A DNA stretch of 64,000 bases from an uncultured Chroococcidiopsis sp. (GCA_964248365.1 CAXTYC010000002.1:230547-294546); one strand, 5' to 3'. Shown: positions 13,574 to 24,123, counted from the stretch's first letter. Made by a program: numbers and translations. The notes: generated by a model from the letters alone, not told the origin.

Positions 13574-13999
13574 GTGCTAAAAACAGTAGTGGTAGCTCTT
13601 GACGGTTCAGAAACTCAAGCACGGGTAATTCACACTCTTGAAGAACTCCAACTTCAACCTACGACAAAAATTATCCTCTCTCATGTCATCTGCCCGCCAG
13701 AGATGGACGAGGAATTAGTTGCTGACCGTCCCCAAACTGGTTTTGAGGGTTCTCCTTATTTACATATGGAAAAGCAACTGCAATCCTACCAAGCGCGATT
13801 ACCTGGAGAAAGCGCATTAGAGGTTGTAACTGGCGACCCAGCTGAAGAAATTATTCGCCTTGCTAATATTTACCAAGCTGACCTGATTGTAATTGGCAGT
13901 CGCGGTTTAACGGGTGTGAAACGAATTATTCAGGGTTCTGTCAGTAGTCAAGTGGTTGAAAATGCTCATTGTTCTGTGTTGGTGGTGAAAACTGCCTAA
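13574..13999 (+). CDS. Universal stress protein
   Basis: VVALDGS...GDPAEEI...ADLIVIGSRGLTG...GSVSSQVVENAHCSVLVVK. Confidence 0.92.
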   Translation: MLKTVVVALDGSETQARVIHTLEELQLQPTTKIILSHVICPPEMDEELVADRPQTGFEGSPYLHMEKQLQSYQARLPGESALEVVTGDPAEEIIRLANIYQADLIVIGSRGLTGVKRIIQGSVSSQVVENAHCSVLVVKTA

Positions 14000-14339
14000 T
14001 AGTGGCAAGTGGCAAGGGGTGAGTAAAGGAGGGTAGCCACAAATATTCTCGTAGGTTAATTTTTCCTTGTGGGCTAAATATTATTCCTTCTTGTTCGAGG
14101 AGCGATCGCTGCAAGTAGTCTGCACCATGTCGTAAAGATGAGTAGGATATCTCGCCTTTGGCATTAATCACTCGATGCCAGGGAACATCAGATGAGCGCG
14201 TATCCACACGGTAGAGAGCATAACCCACCTGACGCGCTTTACCATAGAGATTTGCCAAGTCTGCCACCTGTCCATAGGTTGCTACTTTTCCCTGGGGAAT
14301 TTGACGCACTATTTGGTAGATCTTCTCATAGGTAGACAC
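13941..14339 (-). CDS. Alkyltransferase-like (ATL, MGMT-family) DNA-binding protein
   Basis: IPQGKVATYGQVA, ARQVGYAL, PWHRVINAKG. Trp replaces the catalytic Cys of PCHRV, which marks ATL proteins. Confidence 0.9.
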   Translation of the reverse strand: MSTYEKIYQIVRQIPQGKVATYGQVADLANLYGKARQVGYALYRVDTRSSDVPWHRVINAKGEISYSSLRHGADYLQRSLLEQEGIIFSPQGKINLREYLWLPSFTHPLPLATIRQFSPPTQNNEHFQPLDY

Positions 14340-14537
14340 TGGTATAGACTCCTAATTTTGAAATCTTAATAACTGCTCTAATATGAAGGTTGAATTTGTG
14401 ACTGATAAGTAAAATCTGGCAGTATTGCGTTATCTGGATAATTCAACAAGCTAACTCATTACCATCATAGGTCTAGGTACGAGCAGCTATAATACGGCTT
14501 TCTCAAGCCGACAAATTCAAACACCTCATATTCACCT

Positions 14538-15440
14538 GTGCAAGGTTTTATCAATTTAAATAAATCAGTTGGATTCACTTCTCACGACTGCGTAGCGCGT
14601 GTTAGAAGGCTACTGCGCTCGTCAAAGGTAGGACACGGTGGTACTTTAGATCCAGCTGCTAGTGGTGTTTTACCAATTGCTGTGGGAAAGGCGACACGCC
14701 TATTACAATTTCTCAGTCAGGATAAGGCTTACCGAGCAACAATAAAGTTAGGTATTACTACTACAACTGATGATCTCGAAGGAGAAATTATTGCCTCGCA
14801 ACCAGCAACAGGGTTGAGCTTAGAGCAGGTTGTATCAGTATTGCCCCGCTTTCAAGGCAAGATTGTACAGGTTCCACCTCAATACAGTGCAATTCAGGTG
14901 CAGGGAAAACGACTGTATGATTTGGCAAGGGCTGGAGAGCAAGTAGAAGTTCCAGCCCGAACAGTTGACATATTTAAGATTGAAATATTGGATTGGCGAG
15001 CAGGGGAGTTTCCGCAATTAGATGTAGAAATTGCTTGTGGAGGGGGAACATATATTCGAGCGATCGCCCGTGATCTTGGTGTAGCCTTACAAACTGGTGG
15101 TACTCTTGCTGCTTTAACACGCATTAGTAGCAGTGGCTTTGACTTAGTAGATAGCCACAGTTTAGATGAATTAGAAGCTCAGGTAACACAAGGAACCTGG
15201 AAACCGATTTCACCCACCTTTGCGTTACAACATCTACAAGCTATTACCTTACCATCAGCAGTTGCCCTGAAGTGGTGTCAAGGTCAGCGGATTTGCTGGA
15301 ATGATAACCTTACTACTGCTATCGACACGCCCTGCCGAATTTACGACGAAAGCGATCGCTTTTTGGGCATTGGCAGTTTAGTTATATCAGAGGCTGTGCC
15401 GTTATTAATTCCGCAAATGGTCTATGCCCCTATGGGATAG
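14538..15440 (+). CDS. truB: tRNA pseudouridine(55) synthase
   Basis: KVGHGGTLDPAASGVL, QVPPQYSAIQVQGKRLYDLAR, GTYIRAIARDLG. Confidence 0.96.
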   Translation: MQGFINLNKSVGFTSHDCVARVRRLLRSSKVGHGGTLDPAASGVLPIAVGKATRLLQFLSQDKAYRATIKLGITTTTDDLEGEIIASQPATGLSLEQVVSVLPRFQGKIVQVPPQYSAIQVQGKRLYDLARAGEQVEVPARTVDIFKIEILDWRAGEFPQLDVEIACGGGTYIRAIARDLGVALQTGGTLAALTRISSSGFDLVDSHSLDELEAQVTQGTWKPISPTFALQHLQAITLPSAVALKWCQGQRICWNDNLTTAIDTPCRIYDESDRFLGIGSLVISEAVPLLIPQMVYAPMG

Positions 15441-15533
15441 TTATGTATCATATTAGAATTTATTTGTCAAGAAATAGAGTTATTTTCACTTGTAGTAGTA
15501 ACCCAACGAACGAGGTGGAGCCTCTATTTTCTC

Positions 15534-15556
15534 GTTCCTAGGCTCAGCCTAGGAAC
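15534..15556. repeat. Palindromic hairpin between convergent truB and psbV2 (REP-like/terminator)
   Basis: GTTCCTAGGCT-C-AGCCTAGGAAC perfect 11-bp inverted repeat. Confidence 0.6.
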
Positions 15557-15576
15557 AAGTAGATCTGCTCTTTGGT

Positions 15577-16065
15577 TTAGAAAGTTTCTGCGCCCCAACC
15601 AGGAGCCTTTTGCGCTGCTGTCAAAATAAAAGCTGCTAAATTTTCCACTTCTTGTCTGGGCATCCAGCTTTCAGGCACTTCGCGGCAGTTGTAGGTTTCT
15701 TCACTGCCATCGTAGGTCATTGGCTGCCGGAAGTAAGCAACTAAGCTGCTGATATTATCACGGGGAGGATTAGCACCTTTGAGCGTTTCCAGGGTGAGTG
15801 ATACGAGTGGATTTGGCAAAGTTGATCCACCTACATGACAGCCGATGCAGTTGGCTTGAAACAACTGTTTACCCTGAGACAATTGTGCTGGTGAAAAAGA
15901 GCGTGTTTCGCTTCCATCAAAGTCTAGGGCGATTGGCTCAGTCACACGCAAAAACCTAGCCACATAAGGATCAATGGCAGCTTGGGCAGGAGAACTGGGT
16001 AGGAATAAGACCCAGACTATTGCCAGAATTATTAATAAACGGCGGCAGAATAATCGGTTTAGCAT
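15577..16065 (-). CDS. psbV2: Photosystem II cytochrome c550-like protein PsbV2
   Basis: Signal peptide, CIGCH heme motif, YFRQPMTYDGSEETYNCREV; directly downstream of psbV. Confidence 0.9.
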   Translation of the reverse strand: MLNRLFCRRLLIILAIVWVLFLPSSPAQAAIDPYVARFLRVTEPIALDFDGSETRSFSPAQLSQGKQLFQANCIGCHVGGSTLPNPLVSLTLETLKGANPPRDNISSLVAYFRQPMTYDGSEETYNCREVPESWMPRQEVENLAAFILTAAQKAPGWGAETF

Positions 16066-16079
16066 TGCGGGGCAACCTA

Positions 16080-16195
16080 TAGTGACTAGTGACTGGTGGC
16101 TAGTGACTAGAAGTAGTAACTGGTGACTGGAAAAATAAACCCAAACTGCCAGAAATGGTAATTCTAGCCACTAGCCACTAACCACTAGCCACTCT
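16080..16195. repeat. Inverted heptamer arrays between psbV and psbV2
   Basis: (A/G)GTGACT units on the left, TAGCCAC units on the right. Confidence 0.75.
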
Positions 16196-16207
16196 TATAC
16201 TGATGAC

Positions 16208-16699
16208 TTAATAGTAGATCTTGCCACCTCCCCACCTTGAGCCTATGAGCTTCGGTTGTAGTAGGATATGACCTGCGATCGCTTGCAAATCCTCATCCCG
16301 CAGGTTTCTCATAGCTGGGTAGATATCGGCACTCTTGGTGCTGGGGTGTAATTCCGCGATTTCTTCTTCCCCATCGTAAGTTGTGGGATTTTTCATATAA
16401 TCCACCAAACCCTCAAGGTTATTACGATTTGGTGTAGCTAGGGAGAGAGTTTCGGGATCGAGTCCCACATTCTGGTTTGTCTTAGTAATACCCCCAGCAT
16501 GACACTGGGCGCAGGCGTAGTTAAATAAGCGTTTGCCTTCTTGGACTTGTTTGAGGCTAAGTACCGTCGTGTCACCTTTGTCATTTAGTGGCACTGTACG
16601 GGCGGCTTCGCTCAGTTCGACGGCGGCGGCGCTACCAACAACTAGCCCAAACGCTAACAACATAATCGTCATTGCTAGCCCGATCAATCTTTTTAACAT
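16208..16699 (-). CDS. psbV: Photosystem II cytochrome c550
   Basis: Signal peptide, CAQCH, PTTYDGEEEIAELHPS, C-terminal WGGGKIYY. Confidence 0.98.
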   Translation of the reverse strand: MLKRLIGLAMTIMLLAFGLVVGSAAAVELSEAARTVPLNDKGDTTVLSLKQVQEGKRLFNYACAQCHAGGITKTNQNVGLDPETLSLATPNRNNLEGLVDYMKNPTTYDGEEEIAELHPSTKSADIYPAMRNLRDEDLQAIAGHILLQPKLIGSRWGGGKIYY

Positions 16700-16768
16700 G
16701 GTTCTCCTGAAATTTGGATACTCAACACAGCTTCAAATACGCTTTTCTCAATCTCCTCCACCATTTCA

Positions 16769-16963
16769 TTAATCACCATTAGTGCTAGAGGGATGTTTTT
16801 GGGACAAAATTTCGGAAATGATTGCCTTGGCATCTTCTAGTGCTAGACGGGTTTGAGGGTTTTTATAAGCAATTCCCAATTGATCGCACAAAACGAGTAC
16901 CTCCTCTACTGGGAGGTTATAGTCCGCTGCGATTTCTGCAATGGACAAATCAGCAAAACCCAT
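16769..16963 (-). CDS. Small cyanobacterial protein resembling the IF-2 N-terminal domain
   Basis: MGFADLSIAEIAADYNLPVEEVLVLCDQLGIAYKNPQTRLALEDAKAII; start moved to ATG 16963. Confidence 0.75.
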   Translation of the reverse strand: MGFADLSIAEIAADYNLPVEEVLVLCDQLGIAYKNPQTRLALEDAKAIISEILSQKHPSSTNGD

Positions 16964-17076
16964 AATGAATGATTGTTTAGTAAAAGTTAGAGATTGAGCT
17001 GCTCTAATATGAATATCATGTCGTGTGTACCATTTGTTTCCCAAACCCTATATTAGGCATAGATTTCGCTACCCCC

Positions 17077-17232
17077 GCTAGGGCTAGAAGAGGGGCTAGG
17101 GGCTAGGGGCTAGGGGTTAGAGGAACCAGGGCTAGAGGCTAGAGGCTAGAGGCTATAAATATTATCTCCCTTTTGCTCCCTTTTGCTCCCTTTTGCTCCC
17201 CCTGCTCTCTTCTAGCTCCTAGCCCCTAGTCC
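17077..17232. repeat. STRR heptamer arrays overlapping accD 3' end
   Basis: GGGGCTA/AGAGGCT arrays, CTTTTGCTCC x3, then complementary TAGCCCC units. Confidence 0.8.
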
Positions 17233-18168
17233 CTCACCCAGAGCCATTGCCTCGAAATGCACTAGATTGGGTGCAGTGGTGAGCGGTTGGTGTAGAGCGA
17301 TCAGCTGTGCCAAGGTTTTCTTAAGTTGAGTGCGGGGAACGATCGCATCGACAAAACCGTGATGCAGCAGATCTTCTGCTGTCTGAAACTCTTCGGGTAG
17401 CTTTTCTCGCAGAGTTTGTTCAATGACTCGACGACCTGCAAAACCAATTGTTGCCTTTGGTTCTGCCAAAATAATATCACCCAACATGGCAAAGCTGGCG
17501 GTAACGCCTCCAGTTGTAGGATTAGTCAAAACCGGAATGTAGAGCAGCCCAGCACTACGGTGGTATTCTAGAGCAGCAGATATTTTCGCCATCTGCATCA
17601 AACTGAGCATACCTTCTTGCATCCTAGCTCCACCGGAAGCACAAACGATAATCACCGGATAACGCTTTTGTGTTGCTTGCTCGATTAAGCGCGTCAGCTT
17701 TTCTCCTACGACCGATCCCATGCTACCGCCCATAAACCGGAAGTCCATCACTCCCAGGGCGACTGGTAAACCGTCAAGCTTGCCAAAACCTGTTTGGACA
17801 GCATCGACTAAACCAGTTTTTTGCTGAGTTTCGCGCAAGCGATCGCTATAAGCTTTGCGATCGCGGAATTGCAGTGGATCGGATGGAAACAAATTTTCAT
17901 CTATTGGTTTCCAAGTATTAGCATCAATCAGCTGATGTATCCGTTCATTGCTATCCACCCGTAGATGATGTCCGCACTCCAGACAAACCATCTGATTTGC
18001 CATCAGGTCTTTGTTATATGCCAAATCACCACAATTCGGGCATTTGTTCCATAATCCATCAGCAATATCACGCTCTTGACGTTCTCGGTTCATCGAACCG
18101 GATTTTCGTCGATTTGCGAACCAATCAAACAGAGACATTAAACCGCGTGATTCGTCGTTATTAGCCAT
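17212..18168 (-). CDS. accD: Acetyl-CoA carboxylase carboxyltransferase beta subunit
   Basis: CPNC..CLEC Zn finger, [37 protein letters not shown]. Confidence 0.98.
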   Translation of the reverse strand: MANNDESRGLMSLFDWFANRRKSGSMNRERQERDIADGLWNKCPNCGDLAYNKDLMANQMVCLECGHHLRVDSNERIHQLIDANTWKPIDENLFPSDPLQFRDRKAYSDRLRETQQKTGLVDAVQTGFGKLDGLPVALGVMDFRFMGGSMGSVVGEKLTRLIEQATQKRYPVIIVCASGGARMQEGMLSLMQMAKISAALEYHRSAGLLYIPVLTNPTTGGVTASFAMLGDIILAEPKATIGFAGRRVIEQTLREKLPEEFQTAEDLLHHGFVDAIVPRTQLKKTLAQLIALHQPLTTAPNLVHFEAMALGEGLGARS

Positions 18169-18319
18169 TTATTATCTTATTATTCAAGCGCAGGTGAGAG
18201 GGGCTATAAAAAAGGGAAAAGGGAAAAGGGAAAAGGGAATCAATTATCAATTATCAATTGATAATTGTTTATTGTTCATTGTTAATTACTTCATACTTCA
18301 CACTTCATACTTCATACTT

Positions 18320-18529
18320 TCATTGCTCCTCCTCGATGGGACTTAATAGTAGTAGTGAAGTCCAGCGATCTTGTGGATGTACTTGCAAAGCAGCTGGGCT
18401 TCCTGTACCGAAATAGCAAGCAATTCCCAAATCTAAAATCCGCGTTGGTATATTGTGAGCAGCCAGCAACTGTTGCATCAGCTCTGCTTCCCAACGAGTA
18501 CTTGTGGTTTTTAGTGTAATCCAAGTCAC
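18320..18529 (-). CDS. Small conserved protein, DUF2007/putative signal-transducing type
   Basis: WEAELMQQLLAAHNIP...LQVHPQD pattern; lies between pilD and accD in the same orientation. Confidence 0.65.
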   Translation of the reverse strand: MTWITLKTTSTRWEAELMQQLLAAHNIPTRILDLGIACYFGTGSPAALQVHPQDRWTSLLLLSPIEEEQ

Positions 18530-18549
18530 ACGCTCATCTTACCAGAGTA

Positions 18550-18686
18550 AGGGGGACTAGAGGCTAGGGGCTAGGGACTAGGGTAATTTTAGATTTTAGA
18601 ATTTGGATTGGCTTTTCTCCCCATGCTTTATTTCCCCTTTAGCTCCCTCAGTTCCCCTAGCCTCTAGTCTCTAGCCCCTAGTCCCT
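18550..18686. repeat. Mirror-arranged STRR heptamer arrays
   Basis: GGGGACTAGAGGCTAGGGGCTAGGGACTAG left; CCCCTAGCCTCTAGTCTCTAGCCCCTAGTCCC right. Confidence 0.8.
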
Positions 18687-18687
18687 A

Positions 18688-19509
18688 TTAAAGAGTTGGA
18701 AATACGAAGCGGAGGTAAGTTGATAAAATTGCCTCACCTCCAAACAGAGTAATTATTGCGGCTAGGGCGAGAAAGGGACCAAAAGGCATTGGTTGTCGCC
18801 GACTGATTAATTTTAAAGCGATCGCGCCTCCACCCACAAACGCACCCAATGCACAAGCCAAAAAACTTGTCAATAGCAAATATTTCCAGCCTAACCAAGC
18901 TCCCAACATCGCTGCTAACTTAGCATCTCCCCCACCCATTGCAGCTTGTCCAAGGGTGATTGAACCTGCAATGGCGATCGCGTCAAACAACCATATACCT
19001 AACACAGCCCCCATAATACCCAACATCAGTTGGTCAATAGCTCCCACCCAACCACTTTGCAGCCCAAAGCCGACAAATAACTGAAACACCAAACCAATAA
19101 TCAACCCTGATTTTGTGAGTGGATTTGGCAGTATCATAGTATCTAAATCAATCAGCGATAATGCTAGCAACTGGCTAGCAAATATCCAATAACCCAACGT
19201 TTGAATTGATAAATCAAACCTTGAGAAAACTAGCAAAAATAATATACCTGTTGCTGCTTCTACTAACGGATAACGAATAGAAATTGGACTTTTACAGTGA
19301 CGACAACGTCCCCTTAACCATAGCCACCCTAAGACAGGCACATTTTCTTGATTACCTAACGTATGCAAACAATGGGGACAGCGAGAACGAGGTCGAATAA
19401 CTGACAATCCAGCAGGCAAACGATAAACTACAACATTAATAAAACTACCAATAGATGCTCCTAATACAAACACAATTACCGCCGCCGAAAGGGTAATTAG
19501 ACTATCCAT
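18688..19509 (-). CDS. pilD: Type IV prepilin peptidase/N-methyltransferase
   Basis: GSFINVVVYRLP, RSRCPHC..GRCRHC, IDLD, MGGGDAKL, PFGPFL. Confidence 0.95.
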   Translation of the reverse strand: MDSLITLSAAVIVFVLGASIGSFINVVVYRLPAGLSVIRPRSRCPHCLHTLGNQENVPVLGWLWLRGRCRHCKSPISIRYPLVEAATGILFLLVFSRFDLSIQTLGYWIFASQLLALSLIDLDTMILPNPLTKSGLIIGLVFQLFVGFGLQSGWVGAIDQLMLGIMGAVLGIWLFDAIAIAGSITLGQAAMGGGDAKLAAMLGAWLGWKYLLLTSFLACALGAFVGGGAIALKLISRRQPMPFGPFLALAAIITLFGGEAILSTYLRFVFPTL

Positions 19510-19644
19510 AAAGATTTACTCTTTTAGCGTGAATAATACTTATGTTGGCAGCAGGGGAGTTTCGGGTGCAGGGGACAGAGGGGGAAAATTGTTAATTTAT
19601 ACTTTTTGCTTTACCCTTTACCCTCGCATCAAGCTACAAAAACT

Positions 19645-19765
19645 CTTAGCGCCTTTGCGTCTTTGCGCGACAAAAATCTAAAATTAATTTGCTAATAGCT
19701 AGTACGGACAGGTTGATCTGAAATCCTCATAAATTAACAGACAATTCAATTAAACCCGCCCCTAC
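19645..19765. repeat. CTTTGCG-type small dispersed repeat followed by degenerate GTAG REP stem-loop
   Basis: CTTAGCGCCTTTGCGTCTTTGCGCGACAAAAATCTAAAATT (related copies at 43620 and 47898). TAAACCCGCCCCTAC at 19751-19765 is identical to 46910-46924. Confidence 0.7.
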
Positions 19766-19972
19766 TTAAGAAATTTCCGATTCTAGCTGACTTAGTGGCA
19801 CAAAATATTCTTGTGGCAAGAGAACTGGATGACTAGAAAAGAGAACTTTAGCTTGATAATTCAACTGATTAACTGCCACACCAGTCGGACGCTTAGCTGT
19901 GCTAGGATGTGCTTCACAGTAAGCTCGATAAGTTTTACGAGCGGCTTTCAGTAAAGCGGAGTCAATTAACAC
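19766..19972 (-). CDS. Conserved hypothetical cyanobacterial protein
   Basis: 68-aa ORF with GGAGG-free but plausible GTG start, ending FSSHPVLLPQEYFVPLSQLE; co-oriented between leuB and pilD. Confidence 0.6.
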   Translation of the reverse strand: MLIDSALLKAARKTYRAYCEAHPSTAKRPTGVAVNQLNYQAKVLFSSHPVLLPQEYFVPLSQLESEIS

Positions 19973-20097
19973 TGGGAGGTATAGGGGTTAGGTATGCTAT
20001 TGAAGCTTTCGCCATTTAGCATATACCACTAAATGGCTCTTTTTTTTTATTTAAAGCTTCTTACGTTATAGCTAGCAAAACTAGCTTTGTCACCATT

Positions 20098-21195
20098 TTA
20101 TGAATCTAGTTTTTCTAACACCTCGATTAGAGCTTCACCCATCGCTTGACAACCCAGTAGATTCATTCCTGGTGACATAATATCGCCAGTGCGATCGCCT
20201 CGATCCAAAACCTGCAACACCGCCTTTTCAATTCGCTGGGCAGCAACAGGCTGATTTAAACCATAGCGCAGCATCATCGCGGCACTTAAAACCTGTGCGA
20301 GGGGATTTGCTTTATCAAGTCCAGCAATATCCGGTGCAGAACCGTGAACGGGTTCAAATACCCCACCAGAAGAAGCGCCTAAACTAGCAGAAGGTAACAT
20401 CCCAATACTGCCTGTAAGCATAGCAGCAGCATCAGAAAGAATGTCACCAAATAAATTACCCGTGACGATTGTGTCGAACTGTTTGGGGTAACGTACAAGC
20501 TGCATAGCGGCGTTATCTACATACATATGAGAAAGTTCTACATTAGGATAATCTTCGTGTAGCTGGGTTATGCGATCGCGCCACAGTTGGGATACTTCTA
20601 ACACATTTGCTTTATCCACAGAGCAGAGTTTACCGCTTCTTTTTTGCGCTGTTTCAAACGCTACGCGCCCAATCCGGTCAATTTCCGACTGAGTATAAGC
20701 CATCGTATTCACTCCTCGCTTTTCCCCCGTCTCGGTGGCAAAAATCCCCTTGGGTTGACCAAAATAAACTCCCCCTGTCAACTCGCGCACCACCATAATA
20801 TCGACACCTTCTACCACCTCGCGCTTTAAGCTAGAAGCATCGATCAATTGAGGTAAAATCTTAGCAGGGCGCAAATTGGCAAATAGACCTAATCCGGCTC
20901 TCAGTCCCAAAAGTCCGGTTTCTGGGCGTAAATGGCGCGGTAAGTTATCCCACTTGTAACCACCAATGGCGGCTAGTAATACAGCATCGCTTTTGTGGCA
21001 CTTTTCCAAAGTTTCGGCGGGTAGGGGTTCGCCAGTAGCATCAATCGCCGCACCCCCGATCAGAGCTTGCTGAAATTCAAACTGTAAATTTAGTTGTTCC
21101 CCCACTACCTTTAGCACTTCTTGCGCCACTTGCATAATTTCCGGTCCAATGCCGTCGCCAGGTAAAAGAGTGATCAGGTATTGCTGCTGTGACAT
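20098..21195 (-). CDS. leuB: 3-isopropylmalate dehydrogenase
   Basis: [49 protein letters not shown]. Confidence 0.98.
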   Translation of the reverse strand: MSQQQYLITLLPGDGIGPEIMQVAQEVLKVVGEQLNLQFEFQQALIGGAAIDATGEPLPAETLEKCHKSDAVLLAAIGGYKWDNLPRHLRPETGLLGLRAGLGLFANLRPAKILPQLIDASSLKREVVEGVDIMVVRELTGGVYFGQPKGIFATETGEKRGVNTMAYTQSEIDRIGRVAFETAQKRSGKLCSVDKANVLEVSQLWRDRITQLHEDYPNVELSHMYVDNAAMQLVRYPKQFDTIVTGNLFGDILSDAAAMLTGSIGMLPSASLGASSGGVFEPVHGSAPDIAGLDKANPLAQVLSAAMMLRYGLNQPVAAQRIEKAVLQVLDRGDRTGDIMSPGMNLLGCQAMGEALIEVLEKLDS

Positions 21196-21306
21196 AGCTA
21201 GTGCGTGAAAAAGAGTTTATAGGGTTAATTATCGTAGTAGGACGTACATTTCTTTCTTTAGCAAGGGCATCCTAAGTATGATAAACCTCTTAGATTTATT
21301 TCATAA

Positions 21307-21669
21307 ATGATGAATGTTGTAAATTTCCTTCGAGCAATTGATGGACAGGCTGCTTTGTGTGCTGCTAATGGTCAATTTCTTGGGTTGGTTTCAAGCAATC
21401 AATTCCACCCACTCTCAATTTGTAATCCGAATGGTATGCATGGTAGTTCCTACCATGTAACTAGTGTGCAAAACCCGTACGGTATATATGGTGGTCCATA
21501 TGGATTGTATAGCCCCTACAACCCTTATTCTATTCAGCCGCCAGTCATTATCTACCAAAACCAGATTGTTTTAACGGTGAGTAAAAACCCGTATGCGATT
21601 AGCAATGTATCGGTTATAGATCCAGATATGCTATTTTCTATATACAACTCTGCTTCGCTACATAGGTAA
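21307..21669 (+). CDS. Hypothetical protein with Tyr/Gly/Pro-rich NPYG repeats
   Basis: GQFLGLVSSNQFHPLSICNPNGMHGSSY...NPYGIYGGPYGLYSPYNPYS...PPVI. Confidence 0.65.
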   Translation: MMNVVNFLRAIDGQAALCAANGQFLGLVSSNQFHPLSICNPNGMHGSSYHVTSVQNPYGIYGGPYGLYSPYNPYSIQPPVIIYQNQIVLTVSKNPYAISNVSVIDPDMLFSIYNSASLHR

Positions 21670-22059
21670 TATTGGGCATATTATTGAACCCTAGTAGTTA
21701 AATTGCTTAAGTTCTCAACTGTAAGATGGGCGATGCCCACCTTGTTTAGGTAGGCATTGGGGCTGTTAGAAGGCTAAGCTAACCGTGACGGCTGCGGTAT
21801 TAGTTACAGGATAATTAATTAGAAGCTTTTATAGAATTGACGATCGCTATGCCATCCCAGTGGGGTGTAGCGATTTTAACGTTCATTAGGAGATGCATCT
21901 CTCTAGCAACGATAAATTAGCAAAACCTTAATTATACTGCAAAAGTCATTTTGCAAGAGGTCTATTCCTGCAAAGAGGTGCGCCCTCTACAATAACTGAT
22001 TCCATCGGTTGGGAGTGAAAACTTCGCTCTTTTGTCTGCAATCTAGCTAATTACCCCTT

Positions 22060-22788
22060 CTACAACTCTTCCCCTAGCTCGCGCAGTCGTTGGGCTAGCT
22101 GTTCTGCCCGTTGCCGTTGGGCTTCTGCCCGTTGCCGTTCCACTTCTGCTTCGCTCAAAGTGCGATCGCCACTAGCATTGTACCAACTCAGAACTTCTCG
22201 CTCTAGTGGATCGTCCGGCAATCCACAGCGCCCGATTCCCAACCGAATCTCCGGCATCCAAAACGGTTCACCTATCTGAAGTTCGTAGACACCATTTACT
22301 AACTTATAGACCTCAAACGGCAAATGTTCATCTCGCTTCCAAAACTGCGGATTATAAACCACGTAGTACAGTACGCCCAACTGGGCATAAATTGTTAATT
22401 TTTCGTCATACTCGCCGCCTGGTGTTTGGGACACAACTTCCAAGGTCAAAATGGGCGGTACTCCATTTTCTTCCCACAGTACATAGCTCTTGCGCGACTT
22501 GCCTTTTTTACGGCGCTCAACTCCTAAGCTCAAAAAGCCATCGGGAACTACAGGCACTCTGGGATTTAAACCTGTGGTGTGATAAATTCCCATATCGACA
22601 CCCCAAAACCAATCATCCCGATGTTTCCAAACGTATTCCAACAGAAATAGCAGCACGTTGGGTACAAAATTTTGGTCTTCATTGTCCACGGGCAAATCGT
22701 CCGAATCGAGTAATTCGTCACTGGTGGGCAAGGCTTGTTTCACGTCAGATGGCAGCATAATCCCACTGCTTGGTTTGGTTGTTTTCAT
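22060..22788 (-). CDS. Uma2 family (PD-(D/E)XK) endonuclease-like protein
   Basis: DDLPVDNEDQ, VPDGFL, LEVVSQT..EYDEKL.IYAQLGVLYYVVYNP, C-terminal QRAE coiled-coil repeats. Confidence 0.92.
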   Translation of the reverse strand: MKTTKPSSGIMLPSDVKQALPTSDELLDSDDLPVDNEDQNFVPNVLLFLLEYVWKHRDDWFWGVDMGIYHTTGLNPRVPVVPDGFLSLGVERRKKGKSRKSYVLWEENGVPPILTLEVVSQTPGGEYDEKLTIYAQLGVLYYVVYNPQFWKRDEHLPFEVYKLVNGVYELQIGEPFWMPEIRLGIGRCGLPDDPLEREVLSWYNASGDRTLSEAEVERQRAEAQRQRAEQLAQRLRELGEEL

Positions 22789-23030
22789 TCTAGGTAGCTT
22801 TTGGAGCGATCGCCATCAGCCCTAACTAACGAAGCAACGTAAGAAGCGCAAATGCTTAAGTGAGGAAAATTGCAGCTACTGTGTGATGAATGCACACTGA
22901 AATTAGAAGTTCCATAGCTTGCATTACACTAGTTAGCATTTAACCCTACTGACAAAGTAGATCTTAGAGAGCTAAGCTAACCCTAAAGTTGCACTGCCAA
23001 ACTAATATTTTTACTCAAACCTCAGCACAC

Positions 23031-23978
23031 ATGGTAAAAGAACTGGCGATTCGCACTTGTGGACTGACTAAACAGTTTGACCGCTATATTGCTGTAAATG
23101 ATGTAGATTTACAAATTGAGGCGGGTGAAGTATACGGGCTGATTGGACCAAATGGTGCTGGTAAAACTACGCTGATTCGGATGTTAGCAGCAGCCCAGGA
23201 GCCAACTAAAGGGGAAATTTATCTCAATGGCGATCGCCTAGTGCGCGACATGAGTAATTCTTTAATCAAGCAGCGAATCGGCTACTTACCCGATGATTTT
23301 CCTTTGTATGATGACTTGACAGTTTGGGACTATCTAGAGTATTTTGCCAGACTGTATAAACTACGAGAACCGCGCCGTAGTCAACGCTTGCGGGAAGTTT
23401 TGGAACTAGTGCAGCTTACCAATAAGCGCACTAGCTTGATTTCCACTTTGTCGCGGGGGATGAAACAGCGTTTGAGTTTGGCACGAACAATTATTCACGA
23501 GCCAATTGTATTACTGTTAGATGAGCCAGTTTCTGGACTCGATCCAATTGCTCGGATGCAGTTTCGGGAAATCATCAAGGTTTTGCAAGAAGCCCAGATG
23601 ACGATTTTGATTTCGTCTCATGTGCTGAGTGACCTAGCCGAGTTATGTACTTCGGTGGGGATTATGGAGTTAGGCTACCTGGTGGAAAGTACTAGTTTGA
23701 GCCAACTTTACCAGCGTCTGGCTCGTCAGCAAATTTTCTTATCAACTTTAGGAGAATTAGACACTCTCAAAGCACAATTGAATAACCATCCCTTAGTGGA
23801 AGCGTGGGAGGTGTTACCAGAAGGGCGGGTGCGGGTTGACTTTACTGGTAATCAGGAAGATTGTGCTATTTTGTTGCGATCGCTGATTACAGCTGGCATT
23901 TCCCTGACTCAATTCCATTGCACCCAAGAAGACTTAGAAAGTATATTTCTCAAATTGGGTCATAAGCAAGCCTCTTAG
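23031..23978 (+). CDS. ABC transporter ATP-binding protein
   Basis: [30 protein letters not shown] 23031 preferred over TTG 22989. Confidence 0.95.
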   Translation: MVKELAIRTCGLTKQFDRYIAVNDVDLQIEAGEVYGLIGPNGAGKTTLIRMLAAAQEPTKGEIYLNGDRLVRDMSNSLIKQRIGYLPDDFPLYDDLTVWDYLEYFARLYKLREPRRSQRLREVLELVQLTNKRTSLISTLSRGMKQRLSLARTIIHEPIVLLLDEPVSGLDPIARMQFREIIKVLQEAQMTILISSHVLSDLAELCTSVGIMELGYLVESTSLSQLYQRLARQQIFLSTLGELDTLKAQLNNHPLVEAWEVLPEGRVRVDFTGNQEDCAILLRSLITAGISLTQFHCTQEDLESIFLKLGHKQAS

Positions 23979-24123
23979 CTAGGGGCTAGGGGCGCTTTTG
24001 CTGGGGAAAGAGGAGGGGGAATCAGGGGAGAGGGGGAGAATCATTAATTCCGTATTCACAACTTCACAACTTCACAACTCCTGGCTTCGTTAATAAAGGT
24101 TGTTATTTGGAGATGTAATTTTT

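Noticed and set aside
22206..22760. 184-aa plus-strand ORF
   Set aside because: It lies wholly antisense to a clear Uma2 gene and has no recognisable motifs.
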